Source of the DNA: an uncultured Actinomycetota bacterium | GTDB lineage: Bacteria; Actinomycetota; Actinomycetes; JAHEKZ01 | Length of the DNA: 64,000 nucleotides | Assembly (NCBI GenBank): GCA_963712425.1 | Contig: CAVQHW010000004.1 | Span: forward strand, 308,390-372,389 | Reading direction: 5' to 3' | Shown here: positions 1 through 9,157 of the stretch, in pieces | How the letters are laid out: every line of letters starts with the position of its first letter | Numbering within the stretch: the stretch's first letter is position 1 | Program-made: the position numbers and the translations under genes | The notes under the pieces: generated by a model | The model's database searches: none | Seen by the model: the letters and a program-made list of their open reading frames with translations, nothing else | Told to the model about the DNA's origin: nothing

Positions 1-180
1 CTCGGCAACGAGCCATTCATGGGTACGTCTGACGTTCGTGATCCGAGACTCGAGTTCAGCGACACTCGGTGCGTCGTACTCGAAGGTGGCGGTCGAGTGC
101 TCGACGAAGTACCCATAGATCTCGGCGCATGCCGGCGCGTCATCTGTTGCGTTGGCGACACGAACGTCGCAGTTGACCAT
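1..180 (-). CDS. GNAT N-acetyltransferase, phosphinothricin acetyltransferase/YncA-like (5' part, runs off the window edge)
   Basis: Hand translation from ATG at 180: MVNCDVRVANATDDAPACAEIYGYFVEHSTATFEYDAPSVAELESRI...WLVAE. The IY..V..S.ATFE..P pattern is typical of the PAT/YncA family. Not in the ORF track because it is truncated. Confidence 0.8.
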   Translation of the reverse strand, partial: MVNCDVRVANATDDAPACAEIYGYFVEHSTATFEYDAPSVAELESRITNVRRTHEWLVAE

Positions 181-182
181 CG

Positions 183-605
183 CTACTCGATGGTGAGCTC
201 AATCGGCACTGCCTTCAGCGCCTGACTCACAGGGCAGTTCTCCTTTGCGTCGTTTGCTGCGGCCGCGAAGCCCGCTGCGTCTAGACCAGGAACGTCACCG
301 CGTAGGAACAGCCGGATCGCGGTGATCCCCGTGCCGGGGGTGAAGTCGACCTCGGCACGGGTGTTCAGCGACGTCGGTGGGGTGCCCGCCTTGGCGAGAG
401 CGCCAGACAGAGCCATCGAGAAACATGACGAATGAGCTGCCGCGATGAGCTCCTCGGGGCTGGTTTTCCCACCCGGTGTCTCTGACCTCGCGGACCAGCT
501 CACGGCTTGGCTCCCGATCCCGCTTGAATCAAACGTCACCTCGCCCGATCCGTCGAGCAAACCGCCCGTCCAGTCGGTGTGCGCCTTGCGTGTTGTCGTC
601 GCCAC
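183..605 (-). CDS. osmC: OsmC family peroxiredoxin
   Basis: W.G.L..GSG N-terminus, SPEELIAAAHSSCFSMAL and AKENCPVSQAL motifs with two Cys. GTG start at 605 preceded by AAGGGAG. Confidence 0.92.
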   Translation of the reverse strand: MATTTRKAHTDWTGGLLDGSGEVTFDSSGIGSQAVSWSARSETPGGKTSPEELIAAAHSSCFSMALSGALAKAGTPPTSLNTRAEVDFTPGTGITAIRLFLRGDVPGLDAAGFAAAANDAKENCPVSQALKAVPIELTIE

Positions 606-725
606 GGGATCTCCCTTGCTCGTCGTACCGCTCAATGCGGGAAACACCCTTTCTATCTGCCTCGTGCCAGCAGTGCACGCTCGGATCGCGAGTGTGGGCA
701 AGGTCAGCGTCATAGGGTGAGACAG

Positions 726-1283
726 ATGGAGCGGCAGTGGCGTGGAGTTGTCTTTATTGCGACCAGTGTTGACGGGTTCATCGCGCGGGACAACGACGAC
801 ATTGGTTGGCTTACCGATCCCGACTCAACCATCAGTCACACGGCTGAGACAGGGGATAGCTCGGCCGGTGACTACGACGCGATGCGCAAGCGCGTTGACC
901 ACCTCGTGATGGGACGCGGAACTTTCGAGAAGATCCTGACGTTCGACGAGTGGCCTTTCGACAACATTCCGGTCGTGGTGCTCAGTACCTCGCTACCGCT
1001 GGACACCGACCCTCGTGTCACCGTGGTGCGCTCTGTCGCCGAATGCGTCGAACTGCTCGACGAACGGCGATCGACGGGCGTCTACATCGATGGCGGCAAG
1101 ACCATCCAGGCGTTCTTGGACGCCGATCTCGTTGACGAGATCACCATCACCCGAGCCCCGGTACTGATCGGATCGGGAATCCCGCTCTTCGGGACGCTCG
1201 GTAAGGATGTCCAACTGTCTCTGCAGGCGGTAGCAGCCAAGGAGGGGTACCTACACGCCCGATACGAGGTTGTGCGCAAGTAG
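726..1283 (+). CDS. Dihydrofolate reductase/RibD C-terminal-like family protein
   Basis: FIATSVDGFIA, LVMGRGTFE, YIDGGKTIQAFL, DEITITRAPVLIGSGIPLF motifs. ATG at 726 lies 7 nt after a TAGGGT -10-like hexamer. Confidence 0.9.
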   Translation: MERQWRGVVFIATSVDGFIARDNDDIGWLTDPDSTISHTAETGDSSAGDYDAMRKRVDHLVMGRGTFEKILTFDEWPFDNIPVVVLSTSLPLDTDPRVTVVRSVAECVELLDERRSTGVYIDGGKTIQAFLDADLVDEITITRAPVLIGSGIPLFGTLGKDVQLSLQAVAAKEGYLHARYEVVRK

Positions 1284-1298
1284 TGTGCTCAGCTGCCG

Positions 1299-1754
1299 TC
1301 ACGGCGCCAACTGCCGGTTCCTCTCCGACCAACACGGCCCATTGACCGCCCAGCCAGCAATGTCGCCAGCCAATTGCTGCACATCCGCGCCACTCGGGGG
1401 TTGGCGGACGGGGGTGACCGACACTCCGTGCTTTGTGTAGAGGCAACTCGACATTGCCACATCTCTGAGGTGTTCGTCGGTTGTCATCTCGTCGGAATAC
1501 CACCTGACAACAACCGGAACACCGTTCACATCGCAGTGGGCTGTCGCGGAGTCTTGAGTGCCGGTGACTTCATCGCAGTCCCAGGCATCTCGCACGGCGG
1601 AAGCGAACTCGTCGCTGGAGTTCACCGCTGGAAACTCTCCATCTCGCGAAGACCACAACAAGGCAGTAGCGGCTAGAACAGCCAGCACGATGCCTAGGAC
1701 TACCCAGGCGGGTTCAGATGCCCACCCAGCCTGGCGCTGACGGTCTCCCTGCAT
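1299..1754 (-). CDS. Hypothetical membrane-anchored or secreted protein
   Basis: 151 aa ORF with an N-terminal hydrophobic segment (WVVLGIVLAVLAATALLW) and 4 Cys. AGAAGGAG RBS upstream. Confidence 0.6.
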   Translation of the reverse strand: MQGDRQRQAGWASEPAWVVLGIVLAVLAATALLWSSRDGEFPAVNSSDEFASAVRDAWDCDEVTGTQDSATAHCDVNGVPVVVRWYSDEMTTDEHLRDVAMSSCLYTKHGVSVTPVRQPPSGADVQQLAGDIAGWAVNGPCWSERNRQLAP

Positions 1755-1768
1755 GCCGGCTCCTTCTT

Positions 1769-1796
1769 ACCGCCGATAATCGACATTATGTCAACT
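1769..1796. other. dif: dif site (XerC/XerD chromosome dimer resolution site)
   Basis: ACCGCCGATAA-TCGACA-TTATGTCAACT, an 11-6-11 arrangement. The XerD arm resembles E. coli TTATGTTAAAT and the whole site matches the actinobacterial GCCGATAA-N6-TTATGTCAA pattern. It is intergenic. Confidence 0.88.
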
Positions 1797-1841
1797 CATG
1801 GATGACGTCCCAGGTCCCCGCGCTCTCGCAGGACTGCCATC

Positions 1842-2398
1842 ATGCGCCCCATGCCCCTGACGAACCCCTGGCTGGCTGAGCCGACGCCAAATGGGGCGTT
1901 GCCCAGAGAGTTCCTCGAAGAGCGAATCCTGAATCTGCTGTCGTCGCAGAACATGGCCGTGATCGCAACCGTCAACTCGGACGGATCGCCCTCAGCAACG
2001 CCGGTGCGTTACTTCAGCCTTGGGCTCGAGACCTTCTACAGCAGCTGGAACGCGTCCAAGAAGTCCCGCAACCTGCAACGAGACCCCCGTGTATCAGCGG
2101 GAGTCTTTGCTCCGCTGGTCGGACTGGCAAGCAGTCGTGGAGCCCAACTCTTTGGCACTGCCCGGACCCTCGAGCGAGACGATCCGGCGGCGGAGCCCTA
2201 CTGGGAAGCCTTCCCCTGGCAAGGCTCCCACCTGACCCAAGGACGCCGCCTCGACGAGCCTCCACCGATCCCCTGACGGTGATCACGCCTGATCGGATCC
2301 TCTATACCGAGCATTGGCTGCGTCGCAGCGGCTACGCGCCACGACAGACCTGGGTGTCAGGCAGTGGATCCCTCGAGGCACATCCGGCGTCACAATGA
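1842..2398 (+). CDS. Pyridoxamine 5'-phosphate oxidase-like FMN/F420-binding split-barrel protein (frameshift near 2265)
   Basis: AVIATVNSDGSPSATPV and SKKSRNLQRDPRVS motifs. The ORF stops at 2276, but another frame continues TDPLTVITPDRILYTEHWLRRSGYAPRQTW to TGA at 2396-2398. Confidence 0.75.
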
Positions 2399-2402
2399 AC
2401 CG

Positions 2403-3518
2403 ATGACCATCGCGCTGACGGAGGACGCCAGGCTGACGTTGCCCCGCGAACTCGTCATCGGACGAGTCGTGATGATTGCGTTCTTGTCGGTGTTGCTCCT
2501 CCGTGAGTTCGCCTCTTTCGGCGGCTCCTCCGCTGCCGAGAGGACCTGGATATCAGTTCTCCTCGTCGCATTGGCTGCCGGGTGGATCTGGTTCTGGTGG
2601 CGTCTGGCTGCTGGATCGGCGACAGTTGCGATCGCCGTGGCCCTGACTCTTGTGGTCGTGCCCGCGACCGCCATCGTGGCACTGAACCCAATAGGGGTCT
2701 TCCCGTTCTACTACGCCGTAATTGTCGCTGGTGCCGCCTACCCCTGGCGAACCGGCGTCCCGCTTGTGACGCTGACCTGCGGATTGACCTTCGTCACTTG
2801 GACACTCGTGGCCGACGGTGCGCGTGGCTGGGAGGTACTACTCATCACCGCCCTTTTTGGCGGTGCTGCCATTACCGTGCGGCGATTCGTGGCATCACAG
2901 ATTGCACTCAACCAGAGCCAAGAGGCCATCCGGCTCTTGGCTACCAGCGAAGCCCGGGCGGACCTTGCACGTGACTTGCACGACCAACTGGGACAGGAAC
3001 TGACCGTGGGGGTACTGCAGGCAGAAATGTTGGTCAGCGACCTTTCCGAGTCCTCCCCCGCAGTTCGGGACCGCGCGGCGCTTGTGCTGAGCGCCACACG
3101 ACAGGCACTCCTGTTGATGCGCGAGACGGTGTCGGATGCAAGAGCTCCGCGCGTTGGCGATGAGTTGTCGGCCGCCAAGACGCTCCTCGCCGCCGCTGGT
3201 GTGACCTGCGATGTCAGCGTCGAGTGCTCGATCGACTCCGTGCGAGCCGAAACGGTGCTCGGTTGGATCGTCAGAGAAGGTGTCACCAACGTCCTGCGAC
3301 ACAGCGGGGCCCATCACTGCCACATCGACCTCACGCGCATCGGGGACGCTTTCGTGTTGACCATTCGCGATGACGGAGACGGTACGACCAGCACCGGACC
3401 AGGTTCTGGCCTGGCCATCATGGAACATCGTCTGACAACCGTTGGAGGGGCGCTGAGCGCTGAACGCACCGATGGGGGCGGCTTTCGCCTCGTTGCCACA
3501 GTGCCGGTAGTCGCATGA
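2403..3518 (+). CDS. DesK-like membrane sensor histidine kinase (HisKA_3)
   Basis: About 5 TM helices, H-box ARDLHDQLGQ, N-box REGVTNVLRHS, G-boxes DDGDG and GSGLAIM. Confidence 0.92.
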   Translation: MTIALTEDARLTLPRELVIGRVVMIAFLSVLLLREFASFGGSSAAERTWISVLLVALAAGWIWFWWRLAAGSATVAIAVALTLVVVPATAIVALNPIGVFPFYYAVIVAGAAYPWRTGVPLVTLTCGLTFVTWTLVADGARGWEVLLITALFGGAAITVRRFVASQIALNQSQEAIRLLATSEARADLARDLHDQLGQELTVGVLQAEMLVSDLSESSPAVRDRAALVLSATRQALLLMRETVSDARAPRVGDELSAAKTLLAAAGVTCDVSVECSIDSVRAETVLGWIVREGVTNVLRHSGAHHCHIDLTRIGDAFVLTIRDDGDGTTSTGPGSGLAIMEHRLTTVGGALSAERTDGGGFRLVATVPVVA

Positions 3519-4120
3519 TTCGCGTCCTGTTGGCGGAGGATCAAACGCTCTTGCGAGCGACCCTGGCTGAAGTTCTGTCCAGAGATCCGGACCTTGAGGT
3601 CGTCGGTTTGTGTGGTCGCGGCGATGAGGTACTTGCCTTGGCCGAGTCGACCAGTCCGGATGTTGCCGTCCTCGACATCGACATGCCAGGACGAGACGGG
3701 CTAGATGTGGCGAAAGAGTTGGCTCAGAGTCTGCCGCTAGTTCGCGTTCTGATTCTCACAGTGTTTGCGCGACCCGGTTACCTTGCGCGTGCGATGGACA
3801 ATGGGGCACTCGGCTTCCTTCTCAAGGACACGCCACCTGCTGAGCTCGTTGAGGCGATCCAACGCACGGCACGCGGAGAGCGAGTCATTGACACGTCTCT
3901 CGCGCTGTCAGCGGTCTCCCGCGGGGCCAGCCCGCTGACGGAGCGTGAGAGCGAGGTACTGGCGCTGACACGGTCAGTTGAGTCAACGGCCGAGTTGGCA
4001 TCACGCCTTCACCTGTCCGAAGGAACGATCAGAAACACGCTGTCGAGTGCGATGGGCAAGCTGCATGCAACCTCACGCAGCCAAGCAGCGCGGATAGCCG
4101 AAGAGGCAGGCTGGCTGTGA
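3515..4120 (+). CDS. DesR/NarL-family response regulator (REC + LuxR HTH)
   Basis: MIRVLLAEDQ, LDIDMPG, GFLLKD, LTERESEVL, HLSEGTIRN. ATGA overlap with the kinase gene. Confidence 0.95.
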   Translation: MIRVLLAEDQTLLRATLAEVLSRDPDLEVVGLCGRGDEVLALAESTSPDVAVLDIDMPGRDGLDVAKELAQSLPLVRVLILTVFARPGYLARAMDNGALGFLLKDTPPAELVEAIQRTARGERVIDTSLALSAVSRGASPLTERESEVLALTRSVESTAELASRLHLSEGTIRNTLSSAMGKLHATSRSQAARIAEEAGWL

Positions 4121-4149
4121 CATGACTCTTGTCATGGCCAAGTCATGAC
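4121..4149. promoter_or_regulatory. Inverted repeat CATGAC-tctt-GTCATG plus a further GTCATGAC; candidate DesR-type operator
   Basis: Perfect 6-4-6 palindrome at 4121-4136 and a second palindrome at 4142-4149, between the regulator and the downstream gene. Confidence 0.5.
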
Positions 4150-4195
4150 TCGTTGACCTGGTGTCGCACGAAGCCCAGTACCTACCGTCGACAGT

Positions 4196-5641
4196 GTGAC
4201 GCTCACTGCCCCACCAGCCACCCAGTCAAGCCCGCTAAGCGCTCGTCGCGCGTCGCACCTCGCCGTGGTTATGTGCCTAATCTGTGGAGTCGCGTTTGCT
4301 GTGCTCTTTCACGACGGCATCGGAGGCATCCGAGTATCGCTTTTCATAGCCATCACGGTCACCGCGCTCATCGTCGTGGGCCGCCCGATCTTGCCTGAGC
4401 AACTCTTCGTGCTTGGTGCCTGTCTCTTCCTCGCATCGTCCTGGGCGCTGCGGACTAGCTGGTGGGTGCTGATTCCCAGTGCCGCGGTCCTGGTCGCCCT
4501 CGTCCCTGCTGCCAGTCTCATCCGATCGCACTCGCTCTTTAACCTCTCCTGGACATTCGTCGCGCGATGGATCGGCTGGGTAGTAGTGCGCGTACTGCCC
4601 ACGACTCCCCGTTGGCTGATCCTTGGCGCGGGAGAGTCCGTACCCGCCGTCGAGGCCCAACGCGCTCTCAGGTTCCTCAAGTCGATCATGCTTGCCGCAC
4701 CAGTGGTGGCCGTCTTGGCCATCCTTCTCGCTGCGGCAGATCCGCTCTTCGCAGCGGCTTTGACGCCGGACATGTCACTCACGTCGGTCGGGACGTGGTG
4801 TCTTCTCCTCATGGTCGGAGCGTTCATCATCGGGTGCTTGCTGCATCTGGACGCCACTCCCCTCTCGGTGACCCATCGCTCGAGCATTTCGATCGGTCGG
4901 ACAGAGGCGCTCGCGGTGCTCACCGGAGTGAGCGTTGTCTTCGCTGGGTTCGTGATCGTCCAGGTCATGGCTGCCATTGGATTCGGAAAGGAGACGCTGG
5001 CCGCTCAAGGATTGACCGTCGCCGAGTACGCACGATCCGGCTACTTTCAACTCTTGGCCGTCGTGCTCCTGACCTCGGTCGTCCTCATAGGTCTGGACAG
5101 TCTGCGCGGTGGCAGTCGTCAGACGCACATCAGCGAACGAATGCTCTCAGTTCTCATCGTCGTCCTCGCGCTCGCCATCGAAGCCGTGGCGATACAACGC
5201 CTGCTTCTCTACGTCGACACCTTCGGATTCACGATGCTGAGGCTCGCCTGCCTTGCTGGAGCGGCGTGGATGACGGTCCTGCTGTTGCTGATTGGCGCCT
5301 CGGTGGTCGGGGTTCGACCAAAGAACAACTGGCTGCCAGGCGCGGTGGGGATCGCCCTTGTGGTGACCGTCCTTGGTTTCGCGGCCTTCAACCCAGAGGC
5401 GTACGTCGTTCGATACAACGTCAGCCACACCTCCCCCTCGGGTCTCGATATCCCCTACCTCGCTTCCCTCTCAGATGATGCGGTGCCCGAGCTGGTCGAA
5501 TCCCGCGAGCAACTCACTGCTGTCCAATCCGCCGAACTCACCGATCTCCTGTGTGACCGGCCGAGTGCCCCGACAGGCTGGGCCAGTTGGAGCTACAGCC
5601 GCGTCACGGCGGCAGAAGCTTTGGAGCAGATCTGTCTTTGA
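4196..5641 (+). CDS. DUF4153/DUF4173 family multi-pass membrane protein
   Basis: About 12 hydrophobic segments with LAAADPLF, AEYARSGYFQL, RLLLYVDTFGFTMLR and YLASLSDDAVP motifs typical of this family. Confidence 0.8.
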   Translation: MTLTAPPATQSSPLSARRASHLAVVMCLICGVAFAVLFHDGIGGIRVSLFIAITVTALIVVGRPILPEQLFVLGACLFLASSWALRTSWWVLIPSAAVLVALVPAASLIRSHSLFNLSWTFVARWIGWVVVRVLPTTPRWLILGAGESVPAVEAQRALRFLKSIMLAAPVVAVLAILLAAADPLFAAALTPDMSLTSVGTWCLLLMVGAFIIGCLLHLDATPLSVTHRSSISIGRTEALAVLTGVSVVFAGFVIVQVMAAIGFGKETLAAQGLTVAEYARSGYFQLLAVVLLTSVVLIGLDSLRGGSRQTHISERMLSVLIVVLALAIEAVAIQRLLLYVDTFGFTMLRLACLAGAAWMTVLLLLIGASVVGVRPKNNWLPGAVGIALVVTVLGFAAFNPEAYVVRYNVSHTSPSGLDIPYLASLSDDAVPELVESREQLTAVQSAELTDLLCDRPSAPTGWASWSYSRVTAAEALEQICL

Positions 5642-5643
5642 CT

Positions 5644-5684
5644 AATGGTTGCCCTGGAGTAACCGTTGCTGTACGGTAACCATT
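5644..5684. promoter_or_regulatory. Inverted repeat AATGGTTGCC...GGTAACCATT; probable ArsR autoregulatory operator
   Basis: Arms at 5644-5653 and 5675-5684 are 9/10 complementary and overlap a TACGGT -10-like hexamer directly before the ArsR ATG. Confidence 0.5.
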
Positions 5685-5685
5685 C

Positions 5686-5991
5686 ATGAGCGCAGAGCAG
5701 ATCTTCGATGCCCTAGGTGATCCCACTCGCCGCCAGATCTTGCAGGCCCTCTCGTCGGGGGCTCAGCCGGTCGGTGAGCTGGCACAGCGCCTGCCCGTGC
5801 GGCGTCCGGCGGTCAGCAAGCACCTGCGCGTGCTCGAGGGAGCCGGCCTCGTGTCATACGAGACGTCAGGGACTCGGCACCTCTATGCGCTCGCCCCCGA
5901 GGGATACGTCGCAGCACAACAGTGGTTCGTAGAGACCTGGGACACGGTCCTCGGTGCCTTCGCCGCTCACGTCAATCAGGAGGAGTCATGA
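5686..5991 (+). CDS. ArsR/SmtB family transcriptional regulator
   Basis: FDALGDPTRRQIL and AVSKHLRVLEGAGLV winged HTH. Confidence 0.92.
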   Translation: MSAEQIFDALGDPTRRQILQALSSGAQPVGELAQRLPVRRPAVSKHLRVLEGAGLVSYETSGTRHLYALAPEGYVAAQQWFVETWDTVLGAFAAHVNQEES

Positions 5992-6432
5992 GCACCCTTG
6001 CCCCCGTTCGGCGACAGATCGTGGTCAACGCCACTCCCCTGCGGGCGTTCGATGCTTGGACGCAGCAGCTGGCGGCATGGTGGCCCTTTGCCACTCACAG
6101 CGTGTACGGCGAAGGGTCAACAGCGACTTTCGTCGACTGGGCGACTCATCGAAACCGGACCCGACGGATCGACCTGCTCGTGGGGAACCGTGTCGACATG
6201 GCAACCAGGTGAGCGACTCGTGATGACGTGGCACCCCGGTCACGACGAAGACGCAGCAACCACCGTCGACGTGACGTTCGAATCTGCCCCGAACGATCAG
6301 ACCCTGATCACCTTGACGCACACCGGCTGGGAGAACCGCGCAGACGCGACCAGCGCCCACGACGACTACAGCACAGGTTGGCCTGTCGTCATGGGGCGAT
6401 TCGTCGACCTGTTGGGTGGCACTGCTGCCTAA
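5988..6432 (+). CDS. SRPBCC/AHA1-START domain protein (frameshift near 6138)
   Basis: MSTLAPVRRQIVVNATPLRAFDAWT...WWP in one frame joins GRLIETGPDG...WGTVSTWQPGERLVMTWHPG...LTHTGWE...GWPVVM in another. AGGAGGAG RBS. ArsR-SRPBCC pairing is common. Confidence 0.85.
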
Positions 6433-6441
6433 GGTGGGCCC

Positions 6442-6936
6442 ATGCCCTGGGCCATCGTCGACATCGACGGCGTTCTCGCAGATGTCCGACATCGGCTCGA
6501 GTACGTCAGCAGCAGACCGAAGGATTGGGACGGGTTCTTCGCCGCGGCACCCCGCGACGCGGTACTCCCCCAGGGTCTTAAGCGCTGCCTTGAGTTAGCC
6601 GCTGCGAACACCGTCATTTACCTGACCGGACGCCCCGAACGATGCCGCACCGACACCGTCGAGTGGCTTCGGCTGCACGGGTTCCCCGACGGCGACGTTG
6701 TCATGCGCCCAGATGTCGATCGCCGGCCCGCACGCTTGTTCAAGCTCAACCAGGCTCGTCGCCTTGCCCGACGTGACGATGTTGCTGTCATCGTTGATGA
6801 TGATGAAGCAGTTGTTGACACACTGCGCGCTGAGGGATTCACCGTCGAACACGCAACCTGGATGCATGAAGCGGCGGCAGACGACTCAGAGCAGTCAACG
6901 CTCTTCGACGCACAGGAGCGCGAAGGACGTACGTGA
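6442..6936 (+). CDS. HAD-superfamily phosphatase (PNKP 3'-phosphatase/LNS2-like)
   Basis: Motif I VDIDGVLAD, motif II YLTGRPE, MRP...K, motif IV VDDD. Confidence 0.8.
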   Translation: MPWAIVDIDGVLADVRHRLEYVSSRPKDWDGFFAAAPRDAVLPQGLKRCLELAAANTVIYLTGRPERCRTDTVEWLRLHGFPDGDVVMRPDVDRRPARLFKLNQARRLARRDDVAVIVDDDEAVVDTLRAEGFTVEHATWMHEAAADDSEQSTLFDAQEREGRT

Positions 6937-7553
6937 TGGGCTACTACGGCGACCGCGTTTTGCCGCGAGTGATCGACAAGGTGTGCGGCGCCAAGTCTTC
7001 CGACCCACTGCGACAGCGAGTTTGCGCGACTGCGCACGGCGACGTCATTGAACTCGGGTTCGGTTCTGGGCTGAACCTGCCGCACTATCCGGACGCCGTC
7101 CGTCGTGTCGAAGCGGTCGAGCCGAACGATGTTGCTTGGCGTTTGTCGACCAAGCGACGTCAGGCATCCAGGCTGGAGGTCATGCGCACCGCTCGAGATG
7201 CCCAGCGGTTGCCTTTCGGAGACAACCAGTTCGACGTTGCCGTGAGCACCTGGACCATGTGCACGATCCCCGACATCGACACAGCGCTCGTCGAACTGAG
7301 GCGCGTCCTGAAGCCCGACGGCAGGTTGCAATTCATCGAGCACGGGCTAGCGCCTGACCTCAACGTGCAACGCTGGCAACACCGCTTCGAACCAATCCAG
7401 AAGCGAATATCCGGCGGATGTCACCTGACCCGGCAGATCACCGAGCTCATCGAAGCGGCCGGCTTCACGCTCGTTGAAGTCGAGAGGTTCTATGAAGACG
7501 GCGCTCCACGCTTCTTAACCGCCGAAACCGTCGGTGTTGCCGTATTGAACTAA
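6933..7553 (+). CDS. Class I SAM-dependent methyltransferase
   Basis: VIELGFGSGLNL, LPFGDNQFD, LRRVLKPDG and GGCHL motifs. Confidence 0.9.
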   Translation: MMGYYGDRVLPRVIDKVCGAKSSDPLRQRVCATAHGDVIELGFGSGLNLPHYPDAVRRVEAVEPNDVAWRLSTKRRQASRLEVMRTARDAQRLPFGDNQFDVAVSTWTMCTIPDIDTALVELRRVLKPDGRLQFIEHGLAPDLNVQRWQHRFEPIQKRISGGCHLTRQITELIEAAGFTLVEVERFYEDGAPRFLTAETVGVAVLN

Positions 7554-7556
7554 CCG

Positions 7557-8612
7557 TCAAGCGACCCAGCGAACGATGGCTCCGAATGTTCCAGAAGCCG
7601 ACTCACTCGCGGGCAGCAATGACTTGCGCAGCAGTGACACCCGCGTCCCGCGCAACAAGAGCTCGGTCGACAGTCGACTCCGCCTCGTGAGTTTGCGCCA
7701 CTCCGTCGGATAGTTCGCGACGGTGCCTGCGACGGCCGCGTCCACCGCAGCGACCGCAGACTGGAAACCGACCGACAGACCTTCGCCCGTCAGCGCGTCG
7801 ACGTAACCAGCCGCATCGCCGACGAGCATCACCGGGCCCAGGCCAGGCGATACCGATCGACGCCGCAGCGGCCCTGCGCCCGTGATGCGGCCCACCCGCT
7901 CGGCGCCGCTCAGACGATGCTGAAGCGCCGGGAACTCTGCGAGCCGTTCGTCGAAGGATGCGCCGGTACCGCCCAACATCGCCACCCCGACGAGGTCCTC
8001 CCCCAACGGAGTGACGTACGCCTCGGCCTCAGCCGCCCAGTAGACCTCCACATCGGCCGACCACGGTGCAACCCGGTAATGCGCGACTAACCCATAGCGG
8101 GTCAACTGCCCTCGACGCGCGTCGCGACTCGTGGCCGAAGCGTCGAGGCCAAGGCACTTGCGAACCGTCGACCCGATGCCGTCGCATCCGAGCACGACGT
8201 CGGCGCTGATGACCTCACCGTCGTCGGTGGTGACCGACGACGAAGACGTTCGAGGTTCAACGTCAACGACCTTGGTCGTCTTGACGGAAACTCCTTCGCG
8301 CTGAGCCGCTTTCCGCAGCGCTCGTACCAACTCCGTGCGTCGGACACCGAGCCCGCGCTCACCGCCCAGGTCAGCGCGAGCCTGCCGACGTCCGTTCGCG
8401 TCGAGATACCGAATGCCGCGAAACTCGTGGCCCTCTGGATGCACATCGACTGACCGCAGCAGCTGGACGGCGGTCGGCATGAGCCCCTCGCCGCATGCCT
8501 TGTCGCCATCGCCGCGACGTGCCTCGAGCACCGTCACCTGGACGCCGCGCCGCGCCGCCAGAACTCCGGCGAAGAGCCCAACAGGGCCACCACCAACGAC
8601 GAGAAGCTGCAC
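7557..8612 (-). CDS. FAD-dependent monooxygenase/oxidoreductase, SrsC-like
   Basis: VVGGGPVG Rossmann motif, KACGEGL, GCDG, LVGDAAGYVDALTGEG. Third gene of the type III PKS operon. Confidence 0.88.
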   Translation of the reverse strand: MQLLVVGGGPVGLFAGVLAARRGVQVTVLEARRGDGDKACGEGLMPTAVQLLRSVDVHPEGHEFRGIRYLDANGRRQARADLGGERGLGVRRTELVRALRKAAQREGVSVKTTKVVDVEPRTSSSSVTTDDGEVISADVVLGCDGIGSTVRKCLGLDASATSRDARRGQLTRYGLVAHYRVAPWSADVEVYWAAEAEAYVTPLGEDLVGVAMLGGTGASFDERLAEFPALQHRLSGAERVGRITGAGPLRRRSVSPGLGPVMLVGDAAGYVDALTGEGLSVGFQSAVAAVDAAVAGTVANYPTEWRKLTRRSRLSTELLLRGTRVSLLRKSLLPASESASGTFGAIVRWVA

Positions 8613-8617
8613 GATGG

Positions 8618-9154
8618 CTACCTGTTACCCACACCGGTATCGAGCATCACCAGTGCTCGGTCTTCAGCGGTGATTCTGGTTCGCATCAGAACGGCGTTGC
8701 ACACCGTGAACACCGTCGCAGTCACCCATGCGGTGTGCACCAGCGGAAGACACACACCCTCGGTGGCGACCGCGACGTAGTTGGGATGACGGGCAAACCG
8801 ATAGGGGCCGGACGTGACGCGTCCGGCACCCGGAACAACGACCACTCGGGTGTTCCACTGTGGCCCAAGAGTTCGTATGCACCACCAGCGCAGACCTTGT
8901 GCGAGCAAGACGCCGACGAACATGACCCACCCCAGCCAGGGGTAGAACGCCCGACTCAGCACAACCACCTCGACAACCGAACCGACGAGCAAGCCGACAT
9001 GCAACAGCACCATCGCCGGGTAGTGCCCGCCAGCAACCTCCACTCCCCCACGAGCCTTCGCCCACGCGATGTGACGCTGCGAAACGATCAACTCAACAAG
9101 TCGCTCAGCACCCACCGCCAGAATGAGTACGACGAACCAAGCCGTTGACGACAT
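8618..9154 (-). CDS. Isoprenylcysteine carboxyl methyltransferase family protein, SrsB-like
   Basis: ERLVEL, HYPAMVLLH, LG.WNTRV, GPYRFARHPNY and RITAED motifs. Membrane protein. Confidence 0.9.
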   Translation of the reverse strand: MSSTAWFVVLILAVGAERLVELIVSQRHIAWAKARGGVEVAGGHYPAMVLLHVGLLVGSVVEVVVLSRAFYPWLGWVMFVGVLLAQGLRWWCIRTLGPQWNTRVVVVPGAGRVTSGPYRFARHPNYVAVATEGVCLPLVHTAWVTATVFTVCNAVLMRTRITAEDRALVMLDTGVGNR

Positions 9155-9157
9155 CGT

